A stretch of DNA of 64,000 nucleotides, from assembly GCF_018977255.1 (NCBI RefSeq), contig NW_024704743.1:23004001-23068000 (forward strand), in the 5' to 3' direction. The position numbers were made by a program, and so were the translations under genes. The notes under the pieces are model-generated. The model was not told the DNA's origin. It saw only the letters and a program-made list of their open reading frames with translations, and ran no database searches. The stretch comes from Callorhinchus milii (lineage: Eukaryota). The first letter of the stretch is position 1. Each line of letters begins with the position of its first letter. Below, piece by piece: positions 1 to 12,768 of the stretch.

Positions 1-91
1 TACAGTGACCAGAATTATACACAGTGCTTAAGAAGTGGCCTAACCAGAGCATTAAACAGCTTGAACATAACTTTTAGGGATGAGCTTAACT

Positions 92-418
92 GGAGTCCTG
101 TAGCTCAGTGGTTAGAGAACTCGCAGGCGAAATATCATGCAAGTTTCCACACGCCTCTATTTACCTAACGGTAAGTAGGAACCCAGTTGTAAGTCAAATG
201 GCAGATCACTTTTCCAGGGGTAATAATTCCTTTTTAAAAGAAATTGGTCACTCAATCCACAAATGTTTGTGGGACACTGCTGTGTGCAATTGGCTGCCAT
301 ATTTCACTTACAAAATATAGTCAATTCACTTTACAGTATATTCTGTGAAGTGCTTTGAGACGTCTTGAAGGTGTGATAAGGTGCTTTATCAAATGCAATA
401 ATTATTTATTATTATTAT
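92..418 (+). mobile_element. tRNA-derived SINE, long (older) form, inserted in a degraded CR1 fragment
   Basis: GGAGTCCTGTAGCTCAGTGGTTAGAG head, internal GTAAGTAGGAACCCAGTTG segment, GTTTGTGGGACACTGCTGTG body and (TTA)n tail. Flanks 1-80 and 419-590 resemble minus-strand CR1. Confidence 0.85.
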
Positions 419-974
419 AGTCCAGCAACCCATTTGCCTTGTTTAACGCTGCTTCAACTGTGCTAACATAGTGAGTCCCTTTCAGATTCCTCCATAACAC
501 GTTCCAGCTCATTCGCAGAGTACTGGTGTCTCCTAGTTTTATTTCCTAGTTGCAGTACTTTGCATTTAACGGCACTGAACTAAAACATGAGGGTACATAT
601 CTAACTTGTGAATTAATCACCCAATGTTATTTCTGTCCTCCTGATTTTAAATTGATACATCAAACATTATAAGTCAGACAGGATAGAAATCTGACCATGA
701 AGAGAACATTAGGTAGTTTGATGTGAAATATTTAACATAATTGATGTTTTTTGATAAATACAATTCCAATATTTTTCTTAACATTGTGAACGATGTGAAA
801 TATCTGACACATGTTCCCCTTCCCTATTTCCAACAGTGAGTGGGTTTAAACTTCTAACAGCTCCAGAACGGTACTTACACTATTGTTATATGAGAAGGTT
901 TCCAGCTGGCGAGTGTCTGTCCTAGCTGACCCTCCACTGGCATTTCAACAAATTGACCATTGGCACACCGATAC

Positions 975-1300
975 TAAAATAATAATCCTTGCATTTGGTT
1001 TAGTCACATCAGGAGGATGTCCCAAAGTGCTTCACAGGATTTACTGTGTACTTGTAGGTGAACTCAACAGCCCAATTTGCTCACAGCAGTGTCTCACAAA
1101 CATTCCTGAAATGAATTCCTGGGAGATTATTGGCTAGGACACAGGAAGAAGCTTCCTTTTCTTTTTAAATAGTCCCGTGGGATCTTTAACATCCACCTGA
1201 ACAGACAGACAGGACCGTGGTTTAATGTCTCATCCAAAGGACAGCACCTCCAACAATGCAATAGATTCCCAGCACTGCATTGGGGTGTCAGTTTAGACTA
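975..1300 (-). mobile_element. Deu-domain SINE fragment
   Basis: Revcomp of the Deu core GGTGCTGTCCTTTGGATGAGACATTAAACC and CAGGTGGATGTTAAAGATCCC, plus tail. Confidence 0.8.
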
Positions 1301-1914
1301 TACGAGTTCAAGTCCCGGCATGTTAATTTGGCTTTCAGTTTCCTCCTCTATTGCCATAAAACTGTACCTCATCTTGGGTGTGGTTGCATAGGTACCGACC
1401 ATACATCTACAACTTGTCTTCACTTGATAATCATATAAAATGAGCAATGCTAATTTCCTAGCATTCCTAAATATAAATATCATTAACATCTTATTTAATG
1501 GTCAGTGTTAAGAAATATCGCAATTGAGTTTCCTTTGATAAACCGTTTCCTGTTTGTTTTTACGAAAAGATGTAAATCTCGACAAAAATACATATTCATA
1601 CCATGTGGATGTGACCTAGTGATGAAATAGATGCTATGTGTTTGCTGTTGCAACACCTCTTCAAGGAAGACTGCACTCCTTCATAAACAAAACTACCAAC
1701 AGATCGCAGACGCTAAGATTAATCTTTCTCGTTGTTCTGACTGATTACCTGCCTAGAATTTGTAAGGTAAATATGTTTTGGGCACTGTTAAGGAATCTGC
1801 AGCAAGTACACATGTTTCTGTATCTTTTGCTTTGCAAAACCATCATATGGCCAATAGTAGCAGCCCTTCCTGTACCCTAGATGTGTGCATTCGTCACAGG
1901 CAATAATCATTGTG

Positions 1915-2370
1915 TGTCAGCCTGGCTCAGTTGCTAGCACTCTTGCCTCTGAGTCAGGAGGTTGAGTGTTCAAGCCCTATCTTGGAACTTGAAACTCATT
2001 TAGTTCAAGCTGACACTTCAATACAGTGCTGGGAGTCTGCTGCATTGATGTAGGTGTCATCCTTTGAATGAGACATTAAACTGAGGTCCTACCTGACTGG
2101 TCAGGTGGATCTTATGGCGCTAATTGAAAAGAGAAACGAGCTTCTTCAGAACAACAAGAAAGATTAATCTTAGTGTCTGCATATCCTGGCCAACCATCCC
2201 CAAATAAAATTGGCTACTCACTTCATGGGTGTCTTCTAAATATTTCTGCGTGCAAATTGGCTGCTGTGATCGTCCACAAATCACAAAATTACTACACTTT
2301 ACCGTATCCTGTGAAGCGCTTTGGGACATCCTCCTGACGCTATATCAAATGTAAGAATTAGTATTATAAT
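1915..2370 (+). mobile_element. Near full-length Deu-domain SINE (SacSINE1/AmnSINE1-like)
   Basis: tRNA-like head TGGCTCAGTTGCTAGCACTCTTGCCTCTGAGTCAGGAGG...GTTCAAGCCC, Deu core GGTGTCATCCTTTGAATGAGACATTAAAC, tail GCGCTTTGGGACATCCTCC...TATATCAAATG. Confidence 0.85.
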
Positions 2371-2670
2371 AATCCTTGTATTTGATATAACACATATAAT
2401 GCCAAACTTTGCAAAGCACTTGTTGGCCAAGGAGATTATCGAGATAAATTCCCTTTTCCTTTTCAAATGATGCCAAGGACCTTTTACGTTCGTCTAAACT
2501 GGCAGATGGGACCTGGTTTTAATGTTTCATCTGAAGGAAGGCACCTCAAACAATGCTCAACACTGCATTGGAGTGTCAGCCTAACCCATGAATTTAAAGA
2601 CCCAATGTTGACGTTGAACCAACAACCTTTTGACCCAGAGGCGAGAATGCTATCGCTAACTGAGCCAGGA
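2370..2670 (-). mobile_element. Deu-domain SINE, internally deleted, tail-to-tail with the previous copy
   Basis: Revcomp head at 2630-2670 (CCTGGCTCAGTTAGCGATAGCATTCTCGCCTCTGGGTCAAAAGG) and Deu core at ~2510-2550. Confidence 0.78.
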
Positions 2671-4892
2671 GTTCAAGGAACTCAGAACAGAAGCTCAGCA
2701 TTGACAGTGGGTGTCCTTTGTTACTACAGTGTGTGGATGTTAGTATCTGATACAGCAAGATGTTTCTTGAGCAACCAGCAGGAGATTGAGAAATTACTTT
2801 AGGCAGGGAACTGAAAGCTCTGGCAGTGTAGAAAATAAGCACTTTGCTCGCTTCCACTGGTAGAGGTAATACATTATTCATGTGATCATGGCATGCTGAA
2901 ATCCTCTTTCAACTCATTGCGTTGGCGATAGAGTATTTGCTTATTAAATCTAAATCTGGGACAAGCTGCATGACTGAGTAATAAATAAGAGCAATAACAT
3001 ATCTATCAATCCTGGGAAAGCCAATATTTACGCCATCTGAGTATGTCATTGGTAACAATAGTCATCCTCCATTGTAAAGTCAGCAAAACAGCTTGAAGTC
3101 AACAAGCAGTACACCGTCACTTACTGCACTACAGAGAACACAACATGGGAATAATTGAGCTTAAAGGCAATCTTTGTGACTGGGGTTTCAGTGTGCACCA
3201 AAATGGCCTGATGTCTTGATTATACACATTGAAAAGACAGTAATTCACCCTTAAAAAAGCATCTGGACACATAAAAGAAGATTGAATTTGCCTCTCAATC
3301 AATTTCTGTGTCAAAATGCTATAGTGCAAAATGAGTTGTGGCATTACACTGGAGACAGTAGAATTGCACATACACAGAACATTGAGATCAGTTAGCTTGA
3401 TAGGAGACTAGTTGGGTGTATTGAATAGCTATAAGGATCTCTAAATTCAACAGCACATTGGAATCAATGTTGTTTTCCAAATTAAATACTTGTAATATAT
3501 CATGTGGTAGGAAGGATATATTGGATGAAAAAAAGATAAAGGTCTGTATCACAGCTATCTAAGTTTAATATATTAGAGGAGTTTAGTATTGCAAGTTCAT
3601 TTCATGCTACCCATTATCCTTGCTTCCTTCAGCAACAATTTCAAACAGCTTCCCTAACACAACAACAACAACAATTTACATTTGTCATTTATATAGGATA
3701 ATGTTGACTATGATTGGGATTTCCAATTAAAACTCTATGCATAACCCTGACCAGAATTAATACCCATGTCTTCTTTTCACAGATCTACCTAAATAGGAAT
3801 AGACATTTTCCTGACATTGCAGCCAGTTTCACTTTCACATTGGAGCACTGATACAGTTAGGGGGAACATGCATATAGTTGGAATGTGGTTAAGTGTGTAC
3901 TATTGTAAAGCTGGTATCACACTAATTGAGAGTCCAATGGAATGTGTTTCATGGTCATGATGTTGTAGGGTGGTGGTGGGAGGGGGTGGGACGGGGGAGT
4001 TCTGCTTCCACTCCAGTTGGAGACCAGTTGATTGTCATAAGATTGCTAAATTCATTAGCAGTGTTAATTGTTAAATTAACCAGGAAACTCACAGGGATTT
4101 ATTGGTTGGTACCTGTCATCCATCCACCTAGTGAGGGCTCAAACCTGTTGAATATCAAATGACCAACTAGTGACTAGCCTCCTTTGGAGGGAGGTATATG
4201 AGGTCTCCTTGGAGCAGAATTGGCTTCAAGGTGACGTGCTTGCCAACGGAATGTCAGAATTGAGCCAATCCTCTGTAGTGCTTTCAGTAATCCGTTTCCT
4301 GTGCCATATGGGTCTACAGTACTGTAGGTTACTGCTGATGACAGCCAAGCCAGCTGGCTCATCAGTAGGATGTGGACAGCCATTCTTCCCACTCAGTTCC
4401 TGTTAACTCTGCAAGCCAAAGTGCTAATGGGTAGCATGGTCAGTAGGAAGCTTTCCAGGGAGCGCCTGCAAAGACAAGCTATGCGGTTTTAGCTGGTTAG
4501 ACTCTAGCAGCACCCAAATGCAGACTCTGGGGTTCCCAAACCGTGTTTGTTGCAAACCTGCACCTTATAGTCTCTGGAACTAGATAAGCAGGATAAGTCC
4601 CTCCAGGGACACATTCCATTCTTTTCCAAACTCGGGAATTTTCATGTATAAATGGAATCCATGGAACTCTTAATCTGGTTTGGATACCCTTAAGCATGAT
4701 GATGTTTCTGCATGTGTTAGACATCTGGCTACCCAAAACAAAATTGTCCAACGGATGTTCACACATCATTTGAATACAACATCTAGGTCTTTCAGTCTGT
4801 TGAAATAGCACTAATTCTTATGAAATAATTAAAGTAAGAGCCACGCTCACTGTCCTGAAATTTCACAGTAGTCTGAATCCTTTGCTTTGCAG

Positions 4893-5007
4893 AGATGGCT
4901 TGCATATATCAAATCGTCATTTAGTATCACAGAAAGAAGATATTTTATATCATTTTGACCTTGGGACCAGCACTCATGATTTTGTTGCTATGTTTGGAGA
5001 TATCAAA
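4893..5007 (+). CDS. UPP1: Uridine phosphorylase (UPP1-like) internal coding exon A
   Basis: tttgctttgcag| acceptor and AAA|gtaaga donor; 115 nt, phase-2 start; encodes DGLHISNRHLVSQKEDILYHFDLGTSTHDFVAMFGDIK, matching the vertebrate UPP motif EDILYH...FGDVK. Not in the ORF track; read manually. Confidence 0.93.
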
Positions 5008-5011
5008 GTAA

Positions 5012-6573
<1,562 letters not shown>

Positions 6574-7699
6574 TGAGAAGCAGATCACTTTGTGGGATGT
6601 CCTAAGCAAGTCCTGCACGCTATCATCAGCCTTCCAATTGCTGATGTAGAATCGCACAGGCAGTCAAGTGGCTGTTGTCTCTTTATAGGAAGAGCCTCAA
6701 TGGGGCCACATGTGGCTGTGCTGTAACTGAATGCTTGAGTGCTGACATTGGGTGGCCAAAGTGGCTACGTGTCTCAATCTTTATCTTGCTAAACACAAGA
6801 AATCATATCGGGACCAGCGAAAGTATGATCAGAGGCTTGAAATTCACTCTAGCCTTATCCTGGGTTATGTATTAACATTTTACGATTCTGTTAGACTGTG
6901 GAAAGTTCTTAAAGCCCATCTGGAAGTAGGTTTTCTGCAGTACTTAAAACAAACGAGTTTTGAAAATAAGGTTGGGTTTAAGATTTTTCCATAATTGTGC
7001 TGGTTTTCAGATTTTAAGACAAAATAGACCCGCAGGTTAGAGGAGGTGGAATTTCATGCCACTGAGGCCAAACGTTTCTCATAGCTTTAGGTTCTAGACC
7101 GCTGTTTTAAACCTTTAAGATTAAGTGGAATTTTGTGGGGAAAAAAGGAATTGGGAAAATTGCCTTACAAATTAAAACTCAATTTCAAACTTTTTTTGGA
7201 AAATTCCACCTGCTGTCGTATTTTAAGCCAATATTTGTCAGCCGGGAATATGAGGCATTTTCACCAATGACCCTTTTATATCACAGAACCCAGTGAGACT
7301 GTAGGGACTTGCTCTGATTACATTATGGGATGGATTCTACAGCACTGATGACAAGCTAACCATGTGAATGTTACTGGAATTATTTAGTAGCTGTGAACTC
7401 CTCATGGCAGCAGAATGAATAATAATAATAATATTAATAATCCTGCATTTGATATAACGCTTTTCACGTCTTCTTGACGTCTCAAAGCGCTTTGAACAAC
7501 GCAACTCATATATTCGAACCTTGAACTTTCATTTTCTAGCCGCAGTGATTCACTTGCTGTTTGTGAGATGTGTAAATGGCGGGGATCTGTAATCATGCTG
7601 CACGTGTGGGCTGAGAACCTATAGTTCGAACAACCAGTTTTACAAAAAGCAATTAAGAAATGAGACTGTGAGGATGATGCTCTTAAAATCAGGGTTATT

Positions 7700-8071
7700 T
7701 ATAATAATAGTAATAATTCTTGCATTTGATAGAGCGCCTTTTCACGTCTTTGAGACGTCTCAAAGCGCTTGTAAAGTGAATTGACAGTATATTTTGTGGG
7801 TGAAACGCGGCAGCCAATAGTGTACAGCAGTGTCCTACAAACAGTTGTGGATTGAGTGACCAAATTACTGTTATTCTTTATCTTTTTTTTGGAGGGATTA
7901 TTACCCCCAGAAAGCATATGCCAATCAACTAACAACCAGTTTCCTACTTACTGCTCGGTAAACAGAGGCATGAATATGGAAATTTGCCTAAGGTTTTGCC
8001 CTGCCCAGGAATCGAATCCGGGTCCTCTTGCTTGCGAGTCGAGCGCTCTAACAAATATGTTACAGGACTCC
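7700..8071 (-). mobile_element. tRNA-derived SINE, long form
   Basis: Revcomp head GGAGTCCTGTAAC...CCCGGATTCGATTCCTGGGCAGGGC, internal CAGTAAGTAGGAA segment, (TTA)n tail. Confidence 0.88.
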
Positions 8072-8230
8072 TTTTGGGAGTAGTTGCAGAATCACATCGG
8101 CGGAATTGGTTTGTGCAGGTTTACATTTTGATGAGATGAACAGATACTTGCTTAGTGTGCACTGACAGTGCAGATAAGCCGTCAGGACACAGGTTATTCA
8201 CAAAACATCACAGGTGGCAATGTAAACCAA

Positions 8231-9771
8231 CGTGGCAGCGGGGTGGCCCTCATTTCCCAAGCTTCCCTTGGTCTATCCACCTCTAGCTGTTTCTCCTCCT
8301 TTGAACACCTCACCCTCTACCATCCCTCCTCTCTCTCACTCAGAATCGTCCTAGTTTACCGCACCCCCAAACCTCCTGGCTCTTTCCTCACTGATATCGC
8401 CTCTCTCCACTCATCCCTGTCCCTCTGCCCTGAACACCTGCTCATAATGGGTGATTTCAACATCCACCTAAACTCCCCTTGCACCACCTCCTCGGATTTC
8501 ACTGCCCTCCTCTCCTCGCTAAACCTCACCCTCCACATTGACTCGCCGACCCACAACTGCGGCCACTCCCTCGACCTCGTCATCACACGTGGCCTTGACA
8601 TTTCCGATGTGTCCATCACAGACAAGGCCATCTCAGACCACTTCCTCATCTCCCTCGCCTTCCGCATCGCCTCCCTTCTTCCAAGCCCTCCACATTTTTT
8701 TCCTCCCCTATAAAAAGCTTCCCCCTGGATCCCTCATAAATGCCCTCTCTTCCTCGGACCTCCTCTCCCTCTGGCCCTCTACCCACAGTGATCCTGATGC
8801 AGCTATTAAGCTGCTGAATGACCGTCTCTCCACAACCTTCAATTCCCTGAAATCCAAGGTTGTGTCCAAACCCACCTGCTGCCCCTGGTCCAACAGTCAT
8901 CTCTGCTCACTCAAAACAGAAACCAGGATGCCCCTGGGCAGATGGCAGAAATCTGGCCTCACGATTCACCGCCAGCTGTGGCTTGAGCACCTCCACACCT
9001 ACCGCCTCTCCCTTTCACAGGCCAAAACTGACTTTTACTCCAAAGTCATCCTGGAGGCAAACAACAATCCAAAGATCCTGTTTTCCACCTTTCATCACAT
9101 CCTCCGTGCACCCCCTCAAGCCCTCTCTATCCTCACATGTGAAGTGTGAAGAGATCCTACGCTTCTTTGCCTCAAAAATTAAAAACCCCCTCCGCACCCA
9201 GCTGCTGGTCCCTCAACTCCCCTTCTTCTCCTCCAAGCTGGCAGACCTGGTCAGCCAGTTTCTCTCCTCTCCCTGAAAACCGCTGTTATCAATCCCTTCC
9301 TCAAACAACCCACCCTCGATCACTCTAATCTCTCACACTACCATCCCACTCCGTACCCACATCTCACCAGTTCTGGACAGGCTCCACTGGCTCCCCATCA
9401 CCGAACAGATCGACTTCAAGATACTCACTCTCATGTTCAAATCCCTTTGCTCTTTGGCACGTCCCCACCTCTCCGACCTCCTTACTCCCCAATCCACCAC
9501 CCGGCATCTCTGATCGACTGGCACCGGCCTCCTGCTCGTCCTTCGCACCCTAAGCCCCACCATCGTAGATCGTGAAACTCTGGAACACTCTCCCTCAATC
9601 CCTCCACCTTGCCCCCCTCTCTCCTCTTTCAAGTCCCGCCTGAAAACCTTCCTCTTCGACCGTGCTTACGGCCACCAAACCCCCCGGCTCGGAATCAGGT
9701 TCCACCACTGTTAAGCGCTCTGAGACGCTACCCTGCATGGAGAGGGCTACGTAAGTGCAAGTTGTTGTTGT
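8231..9771 (+). mobile_element. L2-clade LINE fragment: APE endonuclease, linker, C-terminus and 3' tail; RT domain deleted
   Basis: RGSGVA, VYRTPK, MGDFNIH, PTHNCGHSLDLV and SDHFLI endonuclease motifs (ORF 8168-8713), then LHWLPITEQIDFKIL and a (GTT)n tail; frameshifted. Confidence 0.92.
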
Positions 9772-10269
9772 AAATGGCAACACATTGGGAAACATGATAT
9801 TTCAGGATTATTCCTTTTGCTTCTCAGATTGCATTGTCATTTTTTTTTTTAAAAATCACAATATGTCCAAACGCATCAAGATGGAGAGAGAAAATGTTAA
9901 TCTTTCTGTGAATACTGACCTTAGTATTATTGGTACAACCAGCAGGATATTTAAATCAGATCTCTGCAATAGCCTAACCTACGTAGAGGTCGGTGCTAGC
10001 GGAAACAATGTCAAGATCCCGTTAGTTCAAATATTGTACACTCACATTTTTCTGACTCCGTGTCACTCTCAGAACATCAAAGTGCATCCTGATATCAGTG
10101 ACAAGAAATTGATATTGAAGCACACCCTTTTGCTGTCTTCAGTGATCAGATCATTCTGCTTTGGTGTTGCAATGAAATTCCAACAGCCCTGTCCTGTGTA
10201 AATTCCAAATTGAATTTGTATCTGTCTGAATGGAGTAACACAGATGACAGATCATTCTATTCTTGCCAT

Positions 10270-10542
10270 TTCCATGGGTCCTACAAGGACAACCCCAATT
10301 CGCTCGGAAGGGGTATCAATGATCGGTAAGGGCCTTAATGGGTCCGACTTGTGACTCGCTGGGCTGGTCAGATGGCAATCGGGACAAGCTGCACAGATTT
10401 TCTTTATGTCTACATGTAAATCCGGCCAATAAAAGTGAAAAATAATTCTATGTTTAATCTTATCTCGACATAAGTGGCCCGCCCAGGGAATGGAGTGTGC
10501 TAGCTCCATTACTTTACCTTTGAAACCCTGGGACACTAATAA
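10270..10542 (-). mobile_element. Gypsy LTR-retrotransposon integrase remnant
   Basis: H-x6-H-x29-C-x2-C zinc-binding domain (AHSIPWAGHL...FYWPDL...CPDC) followed by PLPIIDTPSERIGVVLVGP. Confidence 0.88.
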
Positions 10543-10899
10543 TATTTGTAATAATTTGCACTTGATATAACCCCTTATCACGTCTTCAAGACATCTCAAA
10601 GCGCTTCACAGGAAACGCTGAAAAATGAATTGACTGTGTGTTTTGAGGAGGAAACGCGGCAGCCAATTGTGCACAGCAGTGTCCCACAAAAAGTTGATTG
10701 AGTGACCAAATTAGTATTTTATTAATGATCTCTTACTAGGATTTGTTACGTCGATTCGCCAGACTATCAGCGTGTGCCCAAATATCACTTAGGTTTGGTA
10801 GTCCAAACAAGCCTGATCGGAGTCCACCCTTGTTAGCACCCTTGATTGTGGCAACCTTTTACCGACTCACACACAGGAAAAACAAACAATACACTCCTT

Positions 10900-11227
10900 T
10901 AATAATAATAATAATAATCCTTGCATTTGATATAGCGCTTTTCACGTCGGGAGGACGTCCCAAAGCGTTTCACAGAACACAATGTAAAGTGAATTGACTG
11001 TATATTTGTGGACGAACGCGGCAGCCAATTGCGCACAGCAATGTCCCACAAACAGTCGTAGATTGAAAATGACCAATTTATAATTGTTTTTGGTTTTGGA
11101 GGGATTATTATTAGGCTCTGTGTGGAGTAAGGAAACTTGCCCAAGGTTTCGCCCTGACCTGCCTGGAATTGAACTCAGGTCTCTCGCTTGCAAAGCGAGT
11201 GCTCTAACCATTGAGCTACAGGACTCC
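10900..11227 (-). mobile_element. tRNA(Ala)-derived SINE, short young form, full length
   Basis: A box TAGCTCAATGG, anticodon arm CTCGC-TTTGCAA-GCGAG, B box GAGTTCAATTCC, tail GGGACGTCCTCCCGACGTGAAAAGCGCTATATCAAATGCAAGGA(TTA)n; close to the copies at 35313 and 42607. Confidence 0.93.
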
Positions 11228-12028
11228 ACACTTTGCGTGTAGGTTGAACACCAATAACCAATAAAAAGCAATGATAGGGTTTATCCCCCATCACAGCTTG
11301 TAATTTTCATCATAGAAGTTCAAAGTATAAATCTAATCCTTTTTTTTGCTGATCTGTTCAGTTTGTAAATTAATAATTTCTATGTGGATGTCTTTCCAGA
11401 TGATTCCTGTAGCGCCTTGGGACGTCCTCCCGACGTGAAAGGCGCTCTATAAATGGAATCTTGTTGTGTTGTTTTAGGTCCTAAGTGATTGATGTTCTTT
11501 GGGGTTGCATAAATCACAGTGGAGGAGGAGGACTCGAGAAGAGGGACAGAAACAAATGGGGGTGAGGGGTTGGAGTGGGGAAGGGGGGAAAGAAACATAA
11601 GCGCAAGAACCCTCAAAGGGTCATCTCAGGAAAAAGCCACAGGACATTTGAGGAGTAAGCTTCAAACAGGAAAGGGTACATCCACTGCTCCTTGCATCAC
11701 AATTTCAATAGCTAGGAAGCCAAATCAAATCAATAATTAATAATAATTTATTAATAAATATATATTTTGTGTAAGAAAAATAATAATCCTTGCATATGTT
11801 ACAGTGCCTTATCACATCATCGAGATGTCTCAAAAGTGCTTCACACTGTAAAGTGTGTATTTTATAGAAAAGTCGAGGGTTGATTTGAATCTTAGAAATG
11901 TAATATTGTGTATTTTCAATTCATAAGTTTCCTATTTTTTCTTCAAACTCTATCATTTTGAGATGTGTTATAACAGTAGTGTTACTTATAAATGGGCTTT
12001 ACTTTATTGGCTCTTTTCTATTTTTCAG

Positions 12029-12238
12029 GGGTGGAGCCAGGTTCAGTTGTGATCACCAGGACCTCATTAGATGCTTCCTTCAAGCCATACTTTGAGATGA
12101 ATGTATTGGGGAAAACTATGATTCACAGCACACAACTGCACACATGTCTGGGTCAAGAGCTGCTGAAATGCAGCAAAGAAATCAATGAATTCCCCACTCT
12201 GATCGCTGACACAATGTGCACATCAGATTTTTATGAAG
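12029..12238 (+). CDS. UPP1: Uridine phosphorylase exon D
   Basis: tttttcag| ... GAAG|gtgaga; 210 nt; (G)VEPGSVVITRTSLDASFKPYFEMNVLGK...TMCTSDFYE(G). Confidence 0.96.
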
Positions 12239-12429
12239 GTGAGAAACGTGATCGGTGAGCAGTCCTTTGACCTTTTTTTTTGCATGCAGCGGAATGATTT
12301 TGGAAATGGATAAGGTTCAAATTAAGATGAGTCCTTCTTGGGTGCTGTTCCTGTACACCTCTATCTGATAACCCAGGTCTCATTCCCACAGCTCAGATTA
12401 AGAATTATGAAATTGTGTTAGGGGTGAAG

Positions 12430-12768
12430 CATGGCAATGAGTAGATATTTGAATAGAGAGTGTAGCCGTACATGGGTAAATTGTTTCCATTTGTTGATCA
12501 GTCCAAAACAAGGGAGCCTAAATATAAGACAGCCACTAGCAGATATAAATGAAGACAGTGAGAATGTGGAAGCTTCTCTGCCGGAAGCTGCGATTCAAGC
12601 AAAAAGCATCAACGTATTTAATGTGTTCACGAGGTAGAAGGGAATAAAGGGGTAGAGCAGAGGGGAATAGGAGGGGTGGGGGCTTGTGTAGAGTATAAAC
12701 ACTGATACGGACTAGTTGGCTGATTGACCTGTTTCCATGCCTTATCATTTATGTAATTCTATGTAATA
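12430..12768 (+). mobile_element. Degraded CR1 LINE 3' fragment
   Basis: GTGAGAATGTGGAA...CTGCCGGAAGCTG segment, GGCTGATTGACCTGTTTCC and ATGTAATTCTATGTAAT end. Confidence 0.65.

Noticed and set aside
6831..7063. Possible MITE with GGCxTGAAATTC inverted termini
   Set aside because: Short imperfect TIRs and no clear TSD; cannot be supported without a search.
9755..10201. 148-aa ORF in a UPP1 intron
   Set aside because: It starts in an L2 tail, crosses a T-run, and has no recognisable domain or convincing exon boundaries.
11150..11227. tRNA-Ala gene
   Set aside because: It is the head of a SINE, continuous with the SINE body in every copy, and has an imperfect acceptor stem.
10899..11271. Recurrent ORFs such as MGKFPYST...[21 protein letters not shown] (also ~35215-35554 and 42602-42933) suggesting a gene family
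   Set aside because: They are translations of the SINE copies and end in the (TTA)n tail.
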